From: a virus
Virus record (IMG/VR): IMGVR_UViG_3300025886_000011
Span: 10,357-74,356 of that record
Length of the DNA: 64,000 nt
Reading direction: 5' to 3' (one strand)
Under the pieces are notes generated by a model. The model did no database searches and had not been told where the DNA came from. It saw nothing but the letters and a program-made list of their open reading frames with translations. Both the position numbers and the translations under genes were made by a program. Each line of letters begins with the position of its first letter. Positions within the stretch are counted from its first letter, which is position 1. Below, one piece after another: positions 37,717-47,831 of this stretch.

Positions 37717-39678
37717 ATGGCAGTTAACGGAAGAACAACAGATGCTAATGGCGATGCTATATTAATTAGTCTCCAAGAACCTTATTTAAATGTAGTTGAA
37801 GTTTTAGGATATACTGATGAAACTAAAGGTGAAGCATCAGGTCTTTATTATAATAAACAGTTTAGATGGGGAACGGATGGTGTGACATATTCTGATTATA
37901 TTGATCTTACTAATGCGAATCTAGAGGCTTTATTATTAAATCCTAATAAACCTTTTTGGATTCAGTATAGATATGAACAAGTAGGTGATGGCACATTAGA
38001 ATTTGAATCTATCGCACTGGAATTAGTAACAGACGGCGGTGTAATCTGTAGAATACCTCAAGTTGAGTGTGGATCTGAAGGATGTATTGGCGTACCTAAC
38101 CTTGTTGTAGATTGCTGTGGTGATACATGGAATCCTTATGATTTATCTAGAGCATCTTCAATGTATAATCAGTTATCTGCAATCACTTCTAATATGTTTG
38201 GGTTTTGTGTTGATTACTTTAAGACAAAGGCAGACCAAAGAAGCAAGGATGTTATATTAAAAGAATATTCTTTATTTGATGTTATTAAAGAAGGAGAAGT
38301 AAAAATCCTAATACCTGATAACGAATTACCAACAAGAGAAATACAGTTTAATCCTATGATGATGGATTTTCCTGTTCAATTTGAAATACATATTGTCAAA
38401 TCTGCATTCGAGGCAATATTCGGATTAGGCGCCAAACCTGAAATGAGAGACTATTTATATTTTAAAGATTATATGAATAGGATGTATGAAGTAGATGCAA
38501 TTGCACAAGCCGATGATTTTTTATATGCAGGATCTTATTGGAGGGTTAGTTTAGTACCATACCAAAAGAGGACCGCTGTTGGGTACGAAAATACTACAGC
38601 AGGAATACAGGCTGAAGCTAACACAGATGCATTAATCTCAAATGTAGAAGATAAGTTTAGAGTTGAGAGAGAAAATGAATTTAAGGATGTAAGAAAAGAT
38701 AATCAGTATAAAACAATAGGAACATTAGGTAATGATTATGTTAGGAGGAGTTTAAACAAAAAACTAATTATAAAAGAGGAGAATGTTTATAATGAGTGGA
38801 CTATAATTTCTAAGTACCATTATAGATTAGCCTCTATGGGAACTACGAATGAAGCTATTAAGTATCAATATGAAAAAGGATGGAGTAGCGAAGAAGATCG
38901 TGCATTTACGTTTTGGATAAGACCACAGTATAAAACACCACTAGGTAATAATGTACTTATTTTATCAATAGCAGACAATAATGGGAAGGTACAATTTAAT
39001 ACAGGAGGTTTACCTAAATTCGGTAATTCTATTAATATAGGGGATTGGGTGGAGATAAGAGGAACACAGTCATACAACGGTATAGGAAAGGTTATTGAAA
39101 TAATTGGTGAATCTATTGTTATTGATGAACAGTTCATAGATGATGTAACTACTACAGGATCACCTAGTTTTAATAAGGAAGCAACTAATAATTTTATGGT
39201 TTATGAAAATTCATTATTGCCACCAACTCAGCATGTTTCTTTTACTTATACACCTAATTGGTTTATTATGAAAATTAATGAGGTTTATTATAAATGGAAA
39301 ATAGGCCAGTCTTTTGCTAAAGATAAATGGTATGCCATAGTAATTAATTTAAATGCTACTGCTAGGCAATTAGGATTATTCGTATATAATACCGTAGAAA
39401 CATCTGGTGCTATTAATCCAAACCTAACAGCATCATTAAATTTAATTTATAATAAAACGCAAACAGCAACACCACAAACTGTAATAGATGATCAATCATG
39501 GAAATTATTTGGATGTGAAACTGATTTAACAAACATAAGAATTTGGAAAAAACCAATAGAAGAAGAATTACAATCTTTAATACTTAGTCAATATGTAGTA
39601 AAGGATACTCATTTGACTTTACTATTGGATAATGCTTCACCTGAATTAATGCTACAGGATGTAACCGATGCCAGATAA
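37717..39678 (+). CDS. Neck protein (gp14-like) with extra N- and C-terminal domains
   Basis: VDYF..D.ILKEY..FEIHI.K..FE..KP..DYLYF..NRMYEV core; C-terminal beta-rich, possibly LamG-like domain. Confidence 0.55.
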   Translation: MAVNGRTTDANGDAILISLQEPYLNVVEVLGYTDETKGEASGLYYNKQFRWGTDGVTYSDYIDLTNANLEALLLNPNKPFWIQYRYEQVGDGTLEFESIALELVTDGGVICRIPQVECGSEGCIGVPNLVVDCCGDTWNPYDLSRASSMYNQLSAITSNMFGFCVDYFKTKADQRSKDVILKEYSLFDVIKEGEVKILIPDNELPTREIQFNPMMMDFPVQFEIHIVKSAFEAIFGLGAKPEMRDYLYFKDYMNRMYEVDAIAQADDFLYAGSYWRVSLVPYQKRTAVGYENTTAGIQAEANTDALISNVEDKFRVERENEFKDVRKDNQYKTIGTLGNDYVRRSLNKKLIIKEENVYNEWTIISKYHYRLASMGTTNEAIKYQYEKGWSSEEDRAFTFWIRPQYKTPLGNNVLILSIADNNGKVQFNTGGLPKFGNSINIGDWVEIRGTQSYNGIGKVIEIIGESIVIDEQFIDDVTTTGSPSFNKEATNNFMVYENSLLPPTQHVSFTYTPNWFIMKINEVYYKWKIGQSFAKDKWYAIVINLNATARQLGLFVYNTVETSGAINPNLTASLNLIYNKTQTATPQTVIDDQSWKLFGCETDLTNIRIWKKPIEEELQSLILSQYVVKDTHLTLLLDNASPELMLQDVTDAR

Positions 39679-39683
39679 CCTGG

Positions 39684-39691
39684 AATATATA
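39684..39691 (+). promoter_or_regulatory. Late-type promoter (terminase operon)
   Basis: AATATATA. Confidence 0.6.
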
Positions 39692-39708
39692 TTACAAATA
39701 ACTTACTA

Positions 39709-40317
39709 ATGGAAGATAATTCAAAAGATAAATTTAGAGATAGTATCGGAGATTTACTTAATGACTTACCAGATGAAGTACCTGGTTTAGATGAAACTCC
39801 AGAATTATCAAGAGTAAAGATTGAAAGTACACAGGCAGTTGCCTTAACAAAGGCTAAAGGAAAGGCAAAGAAGGTAATGTCCAGTTTACTTAAGTTTTAT
39901 TTAAGTGAAGAGATTATTGCTGAACATGAATATATTCAAGCAAAATCTAATTTAGATGAATATGCTTTAGGTATGCTCATTAGACAAATGGAGAACAGTG
40001 AAATTGCTATTTCTCAATTGATGGATATTATTAATGAGGGTGATGTATCACCAAGAATGTTTGAAGTACTTAGTGATTTACAAAGAACTTTATTGGATAT
40101 TATTAAGAGCCAAACTATGTACATGGTGGCTATTGAAGAAAATGCTAAAAAGACTTCCAGAGATATTGATGTTTATCATGGAAATTCAGAGAGTAGTAAT
40201 AATAAAAAACAAAGTGGTGTTAAGTCAAGGGGTACTAAAGATTTAATGCGAGCATTACAAGAAACAATTAACGAAGAAGATATACAAGATGTCGATAGCG
40301 ATGAAAATGAAGAATAG
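39709..40317 (+). CDS. gp16: Terminase small subunit (gp16-like)
   Basis: SPRMFEVL (compare PRAYEV) and GTKDLMRAL tail; lies upstream of gp17. Confidence 0.7.
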   Translation: MEDNSKDKFRDSIGDLLNDLPDEVPGLDETPELSRVKIESTQAVALTKAKGKAKKVMSSLLKFYLSEEIIAEHEYIQAKSNLDEYALGMLIRQMENSEIAISQLMDIINEGDVSPRMFEVLSDLQRTLLDIIKSQTMYMVAIEENAKKTSRDIDVYHGNSESSNNKKQSGVKSRGTKDLMRALQETINEEDIQDVDSDENEE

Positions 40318-40576
40318 TTATATTCTTACACAAGAAATAGTAAAAGGTGAAAGAAGAACTGATAGCGGCTTAATACTCCCTGATGAAAAATATAATAGGG
40401 TAGCTTTAGTGATTGAAGCAGCCGATGGCCTAGAAGTAAAGAAAGGCGATAAAATAGTAAAAACAATAGGTAAGGGTACTGAATATACATTGGATGGAGA
40501 TAAGTTTGAAATCCTTCATATAAATCATGTTCTTGCCGTAATAGAAGAAGATGGCACAGAAACCGCAAGCGCCTAG
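40301..40576 (+). CDS. GroES/gp31-like co-chaperonin
   Basis: TDSGLILP mobile loop, VKKGDKI, GTEY.LDG.KF.IL..VLAVIE; start may be 40301 or 40307. Confidence 0.8.
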   Translation: MKMKNSYILTQEIVKGERRTDSGLILPDEKYNRVALVIEAADGLEVKKGDKIVKTIGKGTEYTLDGDKFEILHINHVLAVIEEDGTETASA

Positions 40577-42368
40577 CGCAGGATTTGATTTTAATGTTGG
40601 TAAAGCTAAGCAAGCATTTTCATGGTCAAGTGAAAGTGTAGAACAGTTAATGTTTGCAATAGAAGAAGGTTATAAGCCTGCGTCTACTCCATTCTATGAA
40701 GGTAATCCTAATTTAAGAAAAGGTAATATTGTATTTAATTATACGTCTGATGAAATAAAGGAAATTAAAAAGTGTGCAAAAGATATTGTATACTTTGCAA
40801 ATACATACTGTACTGTAATGACCGATCATGGTTTACAGACAATTAATTTAAGACCTTATCAGGAAGAGATGCTAAGGCAATTCCAAGCAGAGCGATTTAA
40901 TGTATGCTTAGCAAGTAGACAGGTAGGTAAAACAATTTGCTCATCTATTTTTATTGCTTGGTATTCATTATTTAATTTTGATAAGAATTCTTTAATACTT
41001 TCAAACAAAGGTGCAACCACAAGAGAGATCATTGATAAAGGTAAAACTATATTAGAACACTTACCTTTCTTTTTAAAACCTGGTACACTTAAATGGGATG
41101 TATTTAATTCTAAGTTTGATAATGGTTGTAGAATAATTGGTCAGACTACTACAAAGAAAGCAGCAATCGGTTTTACTATTCATTTATTATTTATGGATGA
41201 GTTTGCGCATATACCTGCAAATTTTGTTGATACTTTTTATGAAAACGTGTATCCTACAGTATCTGCATCAACAAATTCAAAAGTAATAATAACAAGTACA
41301 CCTAATGGTTTTAATAAGTTCTATGACATCTATACGGCTGCTGATAAAGGGCTAAGTGAATATACACCATTCCGAGTTGATTGGTGGGATGTACCAGGTA
41401 GAGATGACGCATGGATGAAGCAAGAGGTTGCCAACTTAGGTAGTGATGAGGCATTTAATAGACAATATGGAAATCAGTTTATAGCAGGCTCATCATTATT
41501 ATTAGGTGCTGATAGCCTTAAAAAATTAACAACGAATCAAATAGATTTTGTGCATAGAGAAATAATTGAGTTTGATGATGAGGATGTAGATTATTCTGGT
41601 TTACTATGGGATCCTGAATTTAACTTGGATGATGCTGAAGAAGATGAAAATTACTGGGTATTCTCTGTAGATATTGCAGAAGGTACTGGTGGTGACTATT
41701 CTATTATAAATATTTTTAAAGTAGAAATCATGGAAGAGGTGGACTGGAAAAAGGTAACTTCCCCAGGTAGCTTTATTGATTTTTATAGAATTAGACAAGT
41801 TGGAAGATTTAGAAGTAATAATCATACAATAGAAGAATTTGCAAAATCTCTTTATATTTTAGCTTATGATGTTTTTTACTCTGAAAATGTAAAACTAATT
41901 ATAGAATGGAATTTATTTGGTGGCGAGTTAATAAAAAGAATGGAAACAGTTTTTCCACAAAGAAATGATTTTGATGAAGAATCTGTTGTTAAGTTTAAAC
42001 ATAGGATAGATGCTAAAACGAAACAATTTGGATTAAAGGTTAAAAAAGATAATAAACCTATATTTTGTCAAAACTTTAAAAAATATATTACACAAAATAA
42101 AATTATAATAAAAGATAAGCAGACTGTTTATGAAGCAGCAACATTTGGTAAATTACCGAATGGAACTTATGCTGGTCAATTAGGTCATGATGATTTAATA
42201 ATGACATGTATAAATAGTTCTGAAATCTTTTTTACTTTAGACTTCTCTGATTTTGCTGAAGAGCTTCATGATGTTGCTGAACAGACTATTCAAGATAAAA
42301 TTGATGTCATCTTAGATAGGGATGCAAAAGGAGGTCAACTTAATTTTGATATCTACGACCTGGTATAA
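40551..42368 (+). CDS. gp17: Terminase large subunit
   Basis: LRPYQ, ASRQVGKT, MDEFAHI, TSTPNG, VDIAEG.GGDYS, HDDL. Confidence 0.95.
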   Translation: MAQKPQAPSAGFDFNVGKAKQAFSWSSESVEQLMFAIEEGYKPASTPFYEGNPNLRKGNIVFNYTSDEIKEIKKCAKDIVYFANTYCTVMTDHGLQTINLRPYQEEMLRQFQAERFNVCLASRQVGKTICSSIFIAWYSLFNFDKNSLILSNKGATTREIIDKGKTILEHLPFFLKPGTLKWDVFNSKFDNGCRIIGQTTTKKAAIGFTIHLLFMDEFAHIPANFVDTFYENVYPTVSASTNSKVIITSTPNGFNKFYDIYTAADKGLSEYTPFRVDWWDVPGRDDAWMKQEVANLGSDEAFNRQYGNQFIAGSSLLLGADSLKKLTTNQIDFVHREIIEFDDEDVDYSGLLWDPEFNLDDAEEDENYWVFSVDIAEGTGGDYSIINIFKVEIMEEVDWKKVTSPGSFIDFYRIRQVGRFRSNNHTIEEFAKSLYILAYDVFYSENVKLIIEWNLFGGELIKRMETVFPQRNDFDEESVVKFKHRIDAKTKQFGLKVKKDNKPIFCQNFKKYITQNKIIIKDKQTVYEAATFGKLPNGTYAGQLGHDDLIMTCINSSEIFFTLDFSDFAEELHDVAEQTIQDKIDVILDRDAKGGQLNFDIYDLV

Positions 42369-42385
42369 AAAGTTATAGGTTAGTG

Positions 42386-42393
42386 GATATATA
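42386..42393 (+). promoter_or_regulatory. Late-type promoter (sheath)
   Basis: GATATATA. Confidence 0.6.
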
Positions 42394-42422
42394 AAAAAAG
42401 CAAATAAAAAAAATAATATAAG

Positions 42423-45400
42423 ATGGCACTAGATCCGAAAATCGCTTCGATTAAAGCTGCAGGAACATACAGATTTGAATTTGACAAATCACAAGTAGTT
42501 AGTATTCCTGCTAATCAGACAAGATTAATTGTTGGTTTCTCCAAAACGGGACCTTTCAATACTCCGGTATTTGTACCTGACACCGCATTCTTTAAACAAG
42601 TTTATGGTGACATTGACAGAAACCTAGAAAGAAAGGATTCATTTTTCCACAGAAGCTGTTTAGCAGCATTGGAAAGAGGACCGATTCTTGCACTTAATCT
42701 ATTAAACTTAACTGCTGCCGATAAGGTAGAGTATATTAAATTTGGTACGGCTGCTACCCCTGACATTCAGGATAATGCCGGCGCCTTAGGAGAATATCAA
42801 AAAATGTACAACAGAGATAAATTCTTTTATCCTGACTCAGATGCATTCTTAGACAATGTAAATGCAAATAAACTTGACTTTAATTCAGGTACTACAAATG
42901 ATTTATTAGATTTTACCAATTTAGGTCAAAATCCAGTTTCAGTTATTGTAAGAAAGGCATCTGCCGCAAACTCTACAGGATTTAATGTAACTGCTGAAGA
43001 ATGGTATGGTGCTGCAAATGTACCAGGATTTTTAGATAAAGATAGTTTAGTATCCGACTTTTTAGTAGATGTATTTTTAATAGAAGGTAACTTTGGTGGA
43101 GACTTTGGTTCTGCAACACCGTATGAAAGGTTTGTAGCAGATCCAATTTACCAACAATATTTTGATAAAGTACAAGGATTGAAAAGAAGAGTTTTTGATT
43201 CGGATTCATCTGATACAAAAATTGCACAATTCTTTAATGAATCAGAAGTTAATGTAGTTGCAACTTATACTGCATCACTGCTTCCTAATTTTACAGACCT
43301 ATTAGGTAATAACCTTTTTATTGAAAAAGTTATTAATGCTGATACGGCAAGCACTGGTATATTCGTCGCAGTAAATGAAGATTTATTTGACGGTGATACA
43401 TTAATTGATGGTGTTGCTGGCGGAATTGATATGATAGGTCATAACCTTGAATATACTCAAGCTAATTCATTCCAGGAAGATGTTAATTTCTTATCTTACA
43501 GTGGAGCTGTTGTTTCAGATGTAAGTTATGCTGGTACAGGAACAACTCCTAATACAGTATCTGCAACAACTGAAGCTATTAATGTAACACAGTTAACAAG
43601 TGGAGATATACAAATACAAGTAGTAGGTTCTGCTGGTGATCCATTATGGGATGCATTTTCAGGCTTTACTAAAAACTCTGCTACTGCTGTAGGAACTTAC
43701 ATATTAGCAAATACTGGTACAGGAGCTAAATATGTTCCGGTAATATCAGTACAGATCGTAGGAAATACAATTACCTTATTATTATCAAGTGTTGGTGGTA
43801 TTATACCTGCTGATTTTAGTAATGTAACTGGAGCATCATATACTTATATTAACGAAAGTGACTTTGGGTTTGTAACAGATGAGGCTATATTAGCCGATAA
43901 TGCAAATGCAAATATTATAGGTGGATATGGTTCAACCTTATATAGCCAATTCTCAAACGGTACTCTTACTGATGGAGATGAAGCGGTATATGAAAATACA
44001 ATTGGTGGAATTACTACACAAGATACTTCATATTTAGTATTCAATGCTGTAGATTATCCTGCGATTCATACTGCAAGCCCAACAACGGCATTAACAACAG
44101 TTCCAATCTCAGATCCGGCTTATTACTTACCATCTGTTCAGATAACTCCTTATGAAGAAGATGGTTTTAATAATTTAACACCACATGATCAATTTACTTT
44201 AGATCCTGCTAATGGAGGTTTCTTTTTAGATACTGATGCTGATCCTTATGCTGCAGGTACATTAGGAATACAAACACTAAAAGGTGCAAACAATGTTTCT
44301 ATAGATATTATCTCAAACTCAGTTACTGAAACTGGGCTAAAGCCTAACCAAGTATTAATAGCATCTGATAATCCTGATGCTGCTGCTATAGTTGTAGGAA
44401 ACTATTTAGTACATTCTGAAGGCTCTCCTTCTGGTGTAGCTCACTCAAGGTTAACAAGAATTAATGTTGTACAAGGTGGATTAACAAATGCTGAGTTTAG
44501 TACTATTCCTGCGAACAAATCTGCATTATTAGTAACATGCCAAAGCGAAATATCAACAACAACCGCTGCAGGTATTGTTAAAGTAGAGTTATATTACCCA
44601 ATAGATAAGTGGATTGATTATTTAAATATCTTTACATTGGATGGATTTAAGTTAACTTCAACTCATGTACCTAATGGAACTAATGATAGACAAGTTGAAA
44701 TCTTAAACGGTACTTTAAATGGAACTAATCTATTTAAGGCATTAACTGATAGAGATGTAATTAACTTTAGATATATTGTAGATACATTTGGAAACGGTAT
44801 TGAAAGTGGATCTAAAGCGATCTATACAATATTGGCTTCTACTAGAAAGAATGCATTCGCAATATTAAATGCACCGTCGGCTAAAGACTTTAAGAGTAAT
44901 ACAGATCCTTCATTTAAAGATCTAACTGGAAGTTTATCATCTAGGTTTATTTCAACTGGTGGTGATCTTTCATTGAATCCTACTGTTAGATACTCATTAC
45001 CATCTCAAACACAAGGTGCGAGTTGGGGAGCATTCTATTATCCTTTTATTACTATTAGGGATTTAGGTAGAAATGTAAATGTTGTACCAGCTGCATACGT
45101 TTCAAATAACTTTATTGCAAAATATGAAAACGCTTTACCGTGGTCATTAGTTGCCGGAGTTCGTCGAGGTGTTGTAGGTGGAACTGGAGTTGTAGGATTA
45201 GAAATTAATCTTGGAAAAGAGGACAGAGAATACTTAGAACCATTTGGATTGAATCCGATTGTATTCCAAAGTGGAACTGGTCCAACAATCTTTGCAAATA
45301 AAACTGCACAGCAGACTACAAAATCTGCATTAAGTTCTATTAACTGTAGAGAGGTTGTAATTTACATCCAAGACGGTATCGAAGCAATCCTTAGAAACTA

Positions 45401-45659
45401 TCTGTTTGAATTTAATACAGCACAAACTAGATTGGAAATTAAAACACTTGCTGATAACTTCTTAGCAACGGTTCAAAATGATGATGGTGTTTATGATTAT
45501 AAAAACGTAATGGACGAAACTAATAATACTCCAGAAGTTATTGATCAAAATGTAGGTATCCTAGATACATATATTGAACCAGTAAGAGGAATGGAAATTC
45601 TCGTACAGAGAACAACCATTTTGAAAACAGGAGCTATTAGTTCAGGAAACTTCCAATAA
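42423..45659 (+). CDS. gp18: Tail sheath protein with large central insertion
   Basis: N-terminal G.YRFEFD.S and C-terminal AG.RRG, LNPIV, LS.IN.R, F..FEFN...TR, D..V.DE.NNTPEVID.N. Confidence 0.92.
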   Translation: MALDPKIASIKAAGTYRFEFDKSQVVSIPANQTRLIVGFSKTGPFNTPVFVPDTAFFKQVYGDIDRNLERKDSFFHRSCLAALERGPILALNLLNLTAADKVEYIKFGTAATPDIQDNAGALGEYQKMYNRDKFFYPDSDAFLDNVNANKLDFNSGTTNDLLDFTNLGQNPVSVIVRKASAANSTGFNVTAEEWYGAANVPGFLDKDSLVSDFLVDVFLIEGNFGGDFGSATPYERFVADPIYQQYFDKVQGLKRRVFDSDSSDTKIAQFFNESEVNVVATYTASLLPNFTDLLGNNLFIEKVINADTASTGIFVAVNEDLFDGDTLIDGVAGGIDMIGHNLEYTQANSFQEDVNFLSYSGAVVSDVSYAGTGTTPNTVSATTEAINVTQLTSGDIQIQVVGSAGDPLWDAFSGFTKNSATAVGTYILANTGTGAKYVPVISVQIVGNTITLLLSSVGGIIPADFSNVTGASYTYINESDFGFVTDEAILADNANANIIGGYGSTLYSQFSNGTLTDGDEAVYENTIGGITTQDTSYLVFNAVDYPAIHTASPTTALTTVPISDPAYYLPSVQITPYEEDGFNNLTPHDQFTLDPANGGFFLDTDADPYAAGTLGIQTLKGANNVSIDIISNSVTETGLKPNQVLIASDNPDAAAIVVGNYLVHSEGSPSGVAHSRLTRINVVQGGLTNAEFSTIPANKSALLVTCQSEISTTTAAGIVKVELYYPIDKWIDYLNIFTLDGFKLTSTHVPNGTNDRQVEILNGTLNGTNLFKALTDRDVINFRYIVDTFGNGIESGSKAIYTILASTRKNAFAILNAPSAKDFKSNTDPSFKDLTGSLSSRFISTGGDLSLNPTVRYSLPSQTQGASWGAFYYPFITIRDLGRNVNVVPAAYVSNNFIAKYENALPWSLVAGVRRGVVGGTGVVGLEINLGKEDREYLEPFGLNPIVFQSGTGPTIFANKTAQQTTKSALSSINCREVVIYIQDGIEAILRNYLFEFNTAQTRLEIKTLADNFLATVQNDDGVYDYKNVMDETNNTPEVIDQNVGILDTYIEPVRGMEILVQRTTILKTGAISSGNFQ

Positions 45660-45675
45660 GAGGAAACTAAATAAG

Positions 45676-45683
45676 AATATATA
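45676..45683 (+). promoter_or_regulatory. Late-type promoter (tube)
   Basis: AATATATA. Confidence 0.6.
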
Positions 45684-45701
45684 AAAAAAATAAAATAAAC
45701 T

Positions 45702-46259
45702 ATGCCACTACCACATTATACCCAATCAAGGGCCAGTAGCCAAAGGTACGAACCTGTTCAGCCTAACTTATTCGAGGTGACTGTATTTTCACCACTAGGG
45801 GATGATACGGGTTTAATCTTGGAGCAAGTTAAAACTATTGGAGGTTTAAATAACTTAAACCCTTCTGTAGATGCAATCGGACAGAAATACAAATTTGCTG
45901 ATCGTTCATTTGCAAGTATGCCAGGTCAAACATTTATGGATCTGACTGTTAACTTTAGTCTTAACTTAAACGAAGCTAACGAAAATTACATTTACAATAC
46001 ATTCCGTAATTGGTACAAATTAATCTATGATCCATTGACTGGTGAAATGGGATTAAAGAAAGACTATGTAGGAAGTATGATCATTGTACAATATAACAGA
46101 GCAGGTGATATCTTTAGAAAGATTACTTGTAAAGATGTATTCCCTACTGGTCAACCTGATTTTGTAGATGAATTAAGTTATGAAACTCCAGACGCAGTTG
46201 ATTTAACAATGACTTATCGTTGTGATCACTGGGTTGAAGAAAATGTTGGGGCTGCATAA
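45702..46259 (+). CDS. gp19: Tail tube protein
   Basis: Follows sheath; PNLFEV, WYKLIYDP.TG, VFPT motifs. Confidence 0.88.
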   Translation: MPLPHYTQSRASSQRYEPVQPNLFEVTVFSPLGDDTGLILEQVKTIGGLNNLNPSVDAIGQKYKFADRSFASMPGQTFMDLTVNFSLNLNEANENYIYNTFRNWYKLIYDPLTGEMGLKKDYVGSMIIVQYNRAGDIFRKITCKDVFPTGQPDFVDELSYETPDAVDLTMTYRCDHWVEENVGAA

Positions 46260-46283
46260 TAGCTTTTTAAATATTTTAAATAG

Positions 46284-46310
46284 AAAACTGGCTCTAGGGC
46301 CAGTTTTTTT
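46284..46310 (+). terminator. Rho-independent terminator
   Basis: AAAACTGGC-tctagg-GCCAGTTTT(TTT). Confidence 0.88.
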
Positions 46311-46321
46311 ATCTTCACTCT

Positions 46322-46329
46322 GATATATA
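46322..46329 (+). promoter_or_regulatory. Late-type promoter (GIY-YIG/RHH and gp26)
   Basis: GATATATA after a terminator. Confidence 0.55.
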
Positions 46330-46353
46330 TTATAAATTATATAATCTAAACAT

Positions 46354-46824
46354 ATGACAATCTTTAAAGTAGTTAATGAAACCGATGGAAAAGTTTATGT
46401 AGGTTATTCGATTAATGATAACCCTAACAATTTAGGGGCAGGTAAATATATTAAAAGAGCAGTTAAAGATTTTGGAACAAGATCTTTTCAAAAAACTATT
46501 CTTGAAGAATTTGAATCTGAAGAATCATTAAGTCATATAATGGACAGGCTAGAATTTTGGATAAAAAATTATAAAGCCGATAATCCTAAATATGGATATA
46601 ACGAAAGCGTACAAGAATTAATTCCACAAAAAAAGAGACTTACTAAAAAACTACAAGTTCTCTTAACACCAGAAGATGAAGATAATTTAAATTCAATCAT
46701 CATCGAAAAATCAATGGAAAATAAAACAAAACCGTTGCCAGTATCCAAATATGTAAGACAGTTAATAGTTAAACATATAGTAGAGGAAACTGCACCTGAA
46801 AAACAATTAATAAAAACTAAATAA
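46354..46824 (+). CDS. Seg-like GIY-YIG domain fused to a ribbon-helix-helix-like domain
   Basis: TIF..N..DGKVYVG, LGAG..I.RA.KDFG..F, E.WI..GYN; C-terminal KKLQVLL-helix-VSKYVRQLI. Confidence 0.7.
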   Translation: MTIFKVVNETDGKVYVGYSINDNPNNLGAGKYIKRAVKDFGTRSFQKTILEEFESEESLSHIMDRLEFWIKNYKADNPKYGYNESVQELIPQKKRLTKKLQVLLTPEDEDNLNSIIIEKSMENKTKPLPVSKYVRQLIVKHIVEETAPEKQLIKTK

Positions 46825-46826
46825 TT

Positions 46827-47831
46827 ATGAGTAGTCACGAAGACAATATTAAAAAAGAATTTGAGGCAGCTGAAGGTATAGTAGATACTAAAGCCGAGGT
46901 AAAAACAAATGAAGATGGTAAAATTACCGAGTTAGGTAAAGTAGATACTAGTAGAGGATCTGGTGTAACATCCATTGATGATCCAGAAATACAAAGAATA
47001 CAAGCATTAACAGGTTATGTTAAATTAGACTTAATAAACTTTCCTTCTGGTGGACAATTTTATAGAGAAGATTTTGAAATTCATATTAGAGCCGCGAGAG
47101 TTGGTGAGATTAGAGAATTCTCTACATTAGATGAAGAAAATATTTTAGATGTAGATGAAAAGCTAAACTCGCTTCTAGTGAACTGTACAAAAGTTATGTA
47201 TGGTAACCAAAGGGGATCCTACAGGGATGTATTAGAAGAGGATAGAATATACTTAATCTTATCTATTAGAGAGTTAACATTCAAAGAAGGTGAAAATAAA
47301 CTGATGATGCCAGTTGGAAAAAAGAATTGTAAAACAGGGACTTGTAAATCTCAAGAATCTATGGAGCTAAGAACAGGCAATCTTCAATTTAATGATAAAG
47401 ATGATTTATTAGAAAAGTATTATGACCATGAAAATAAATGTTTTACTGTTACAACTAAAAGCCACGGGTCATTAACTATTGCACCACCAACAATTGGTGT
47501 TATGAGATCTATTACCGATTGGATACGAAAAAGAGAAGAAGAAAATAAACCCTGGGATAAATCATCCTTAGCTATCTTACCTTACATTCAAAGAGAATGG
47601 AGAGGATTTAATGATAAAGAAATATTTTCAGCCGTTACAAATTTTCAAGGTTGGGATGCTAGCAAATACTCAATTATTTATAGATTGGTAGAGAAAGCAA
47701 AAATAGGAGTAAAACCGGAATTTGTATTTCCGTGTGATAGCTGTGGTGAGGAGGTCGCAGTTCCGCTCACGTTTCCCGGCGGGATCAAAGCTCTCTTTAT
47801 TATTCAAGATATCTCTTCTGAACTTTTATAA
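46827..47831 (+). CDS. gp26: Baseplate hub / tail assembly chaperone (gp26-like)
   Basis: FPSGG.FY..IRAARV.E; two Cys pairs (C..GTC, CDSC); lies between tube and tape measure. Confidence 0.65.
   Translation: MSSHEDNIKKEFEAAEGIVDTKAEVKTNEDGKITELGKVDTSRGSGVTSIDDPEIQRIQALTGYVKLDLINFPSGGQFYREDFEIHIRAARVGEIREFSTLDEENILDVDEKLNSLLVNCTKVMYGNQRGSYRDVLEEDRIYLILSIRELTFKEGENKLMMPVGKKNCKTGTCKSQESMELRTGNLQFNDKDDLLEKYYDHENKCFTVTTKSHGSLTIAPPTIGVMRSITDWIRKREEENKPWDKSSLAILPYIQREWRGFNDKEIFSAVTNFQGWDASKYSIIYRLVEKAKIGVKPEFVFPCDSCGEEVAVPLTFPGGIKALFIIQDISSELL

Noticed and set aside
17748-47772. Track start sites 17748, 23586, 40289 and 47722
   Set aside because: They extend into upstream genes or promoters. Better starts are 17781, 23616 and 40301/40307, with a frameshift or non-AUG entry for the gp51-like ORF.
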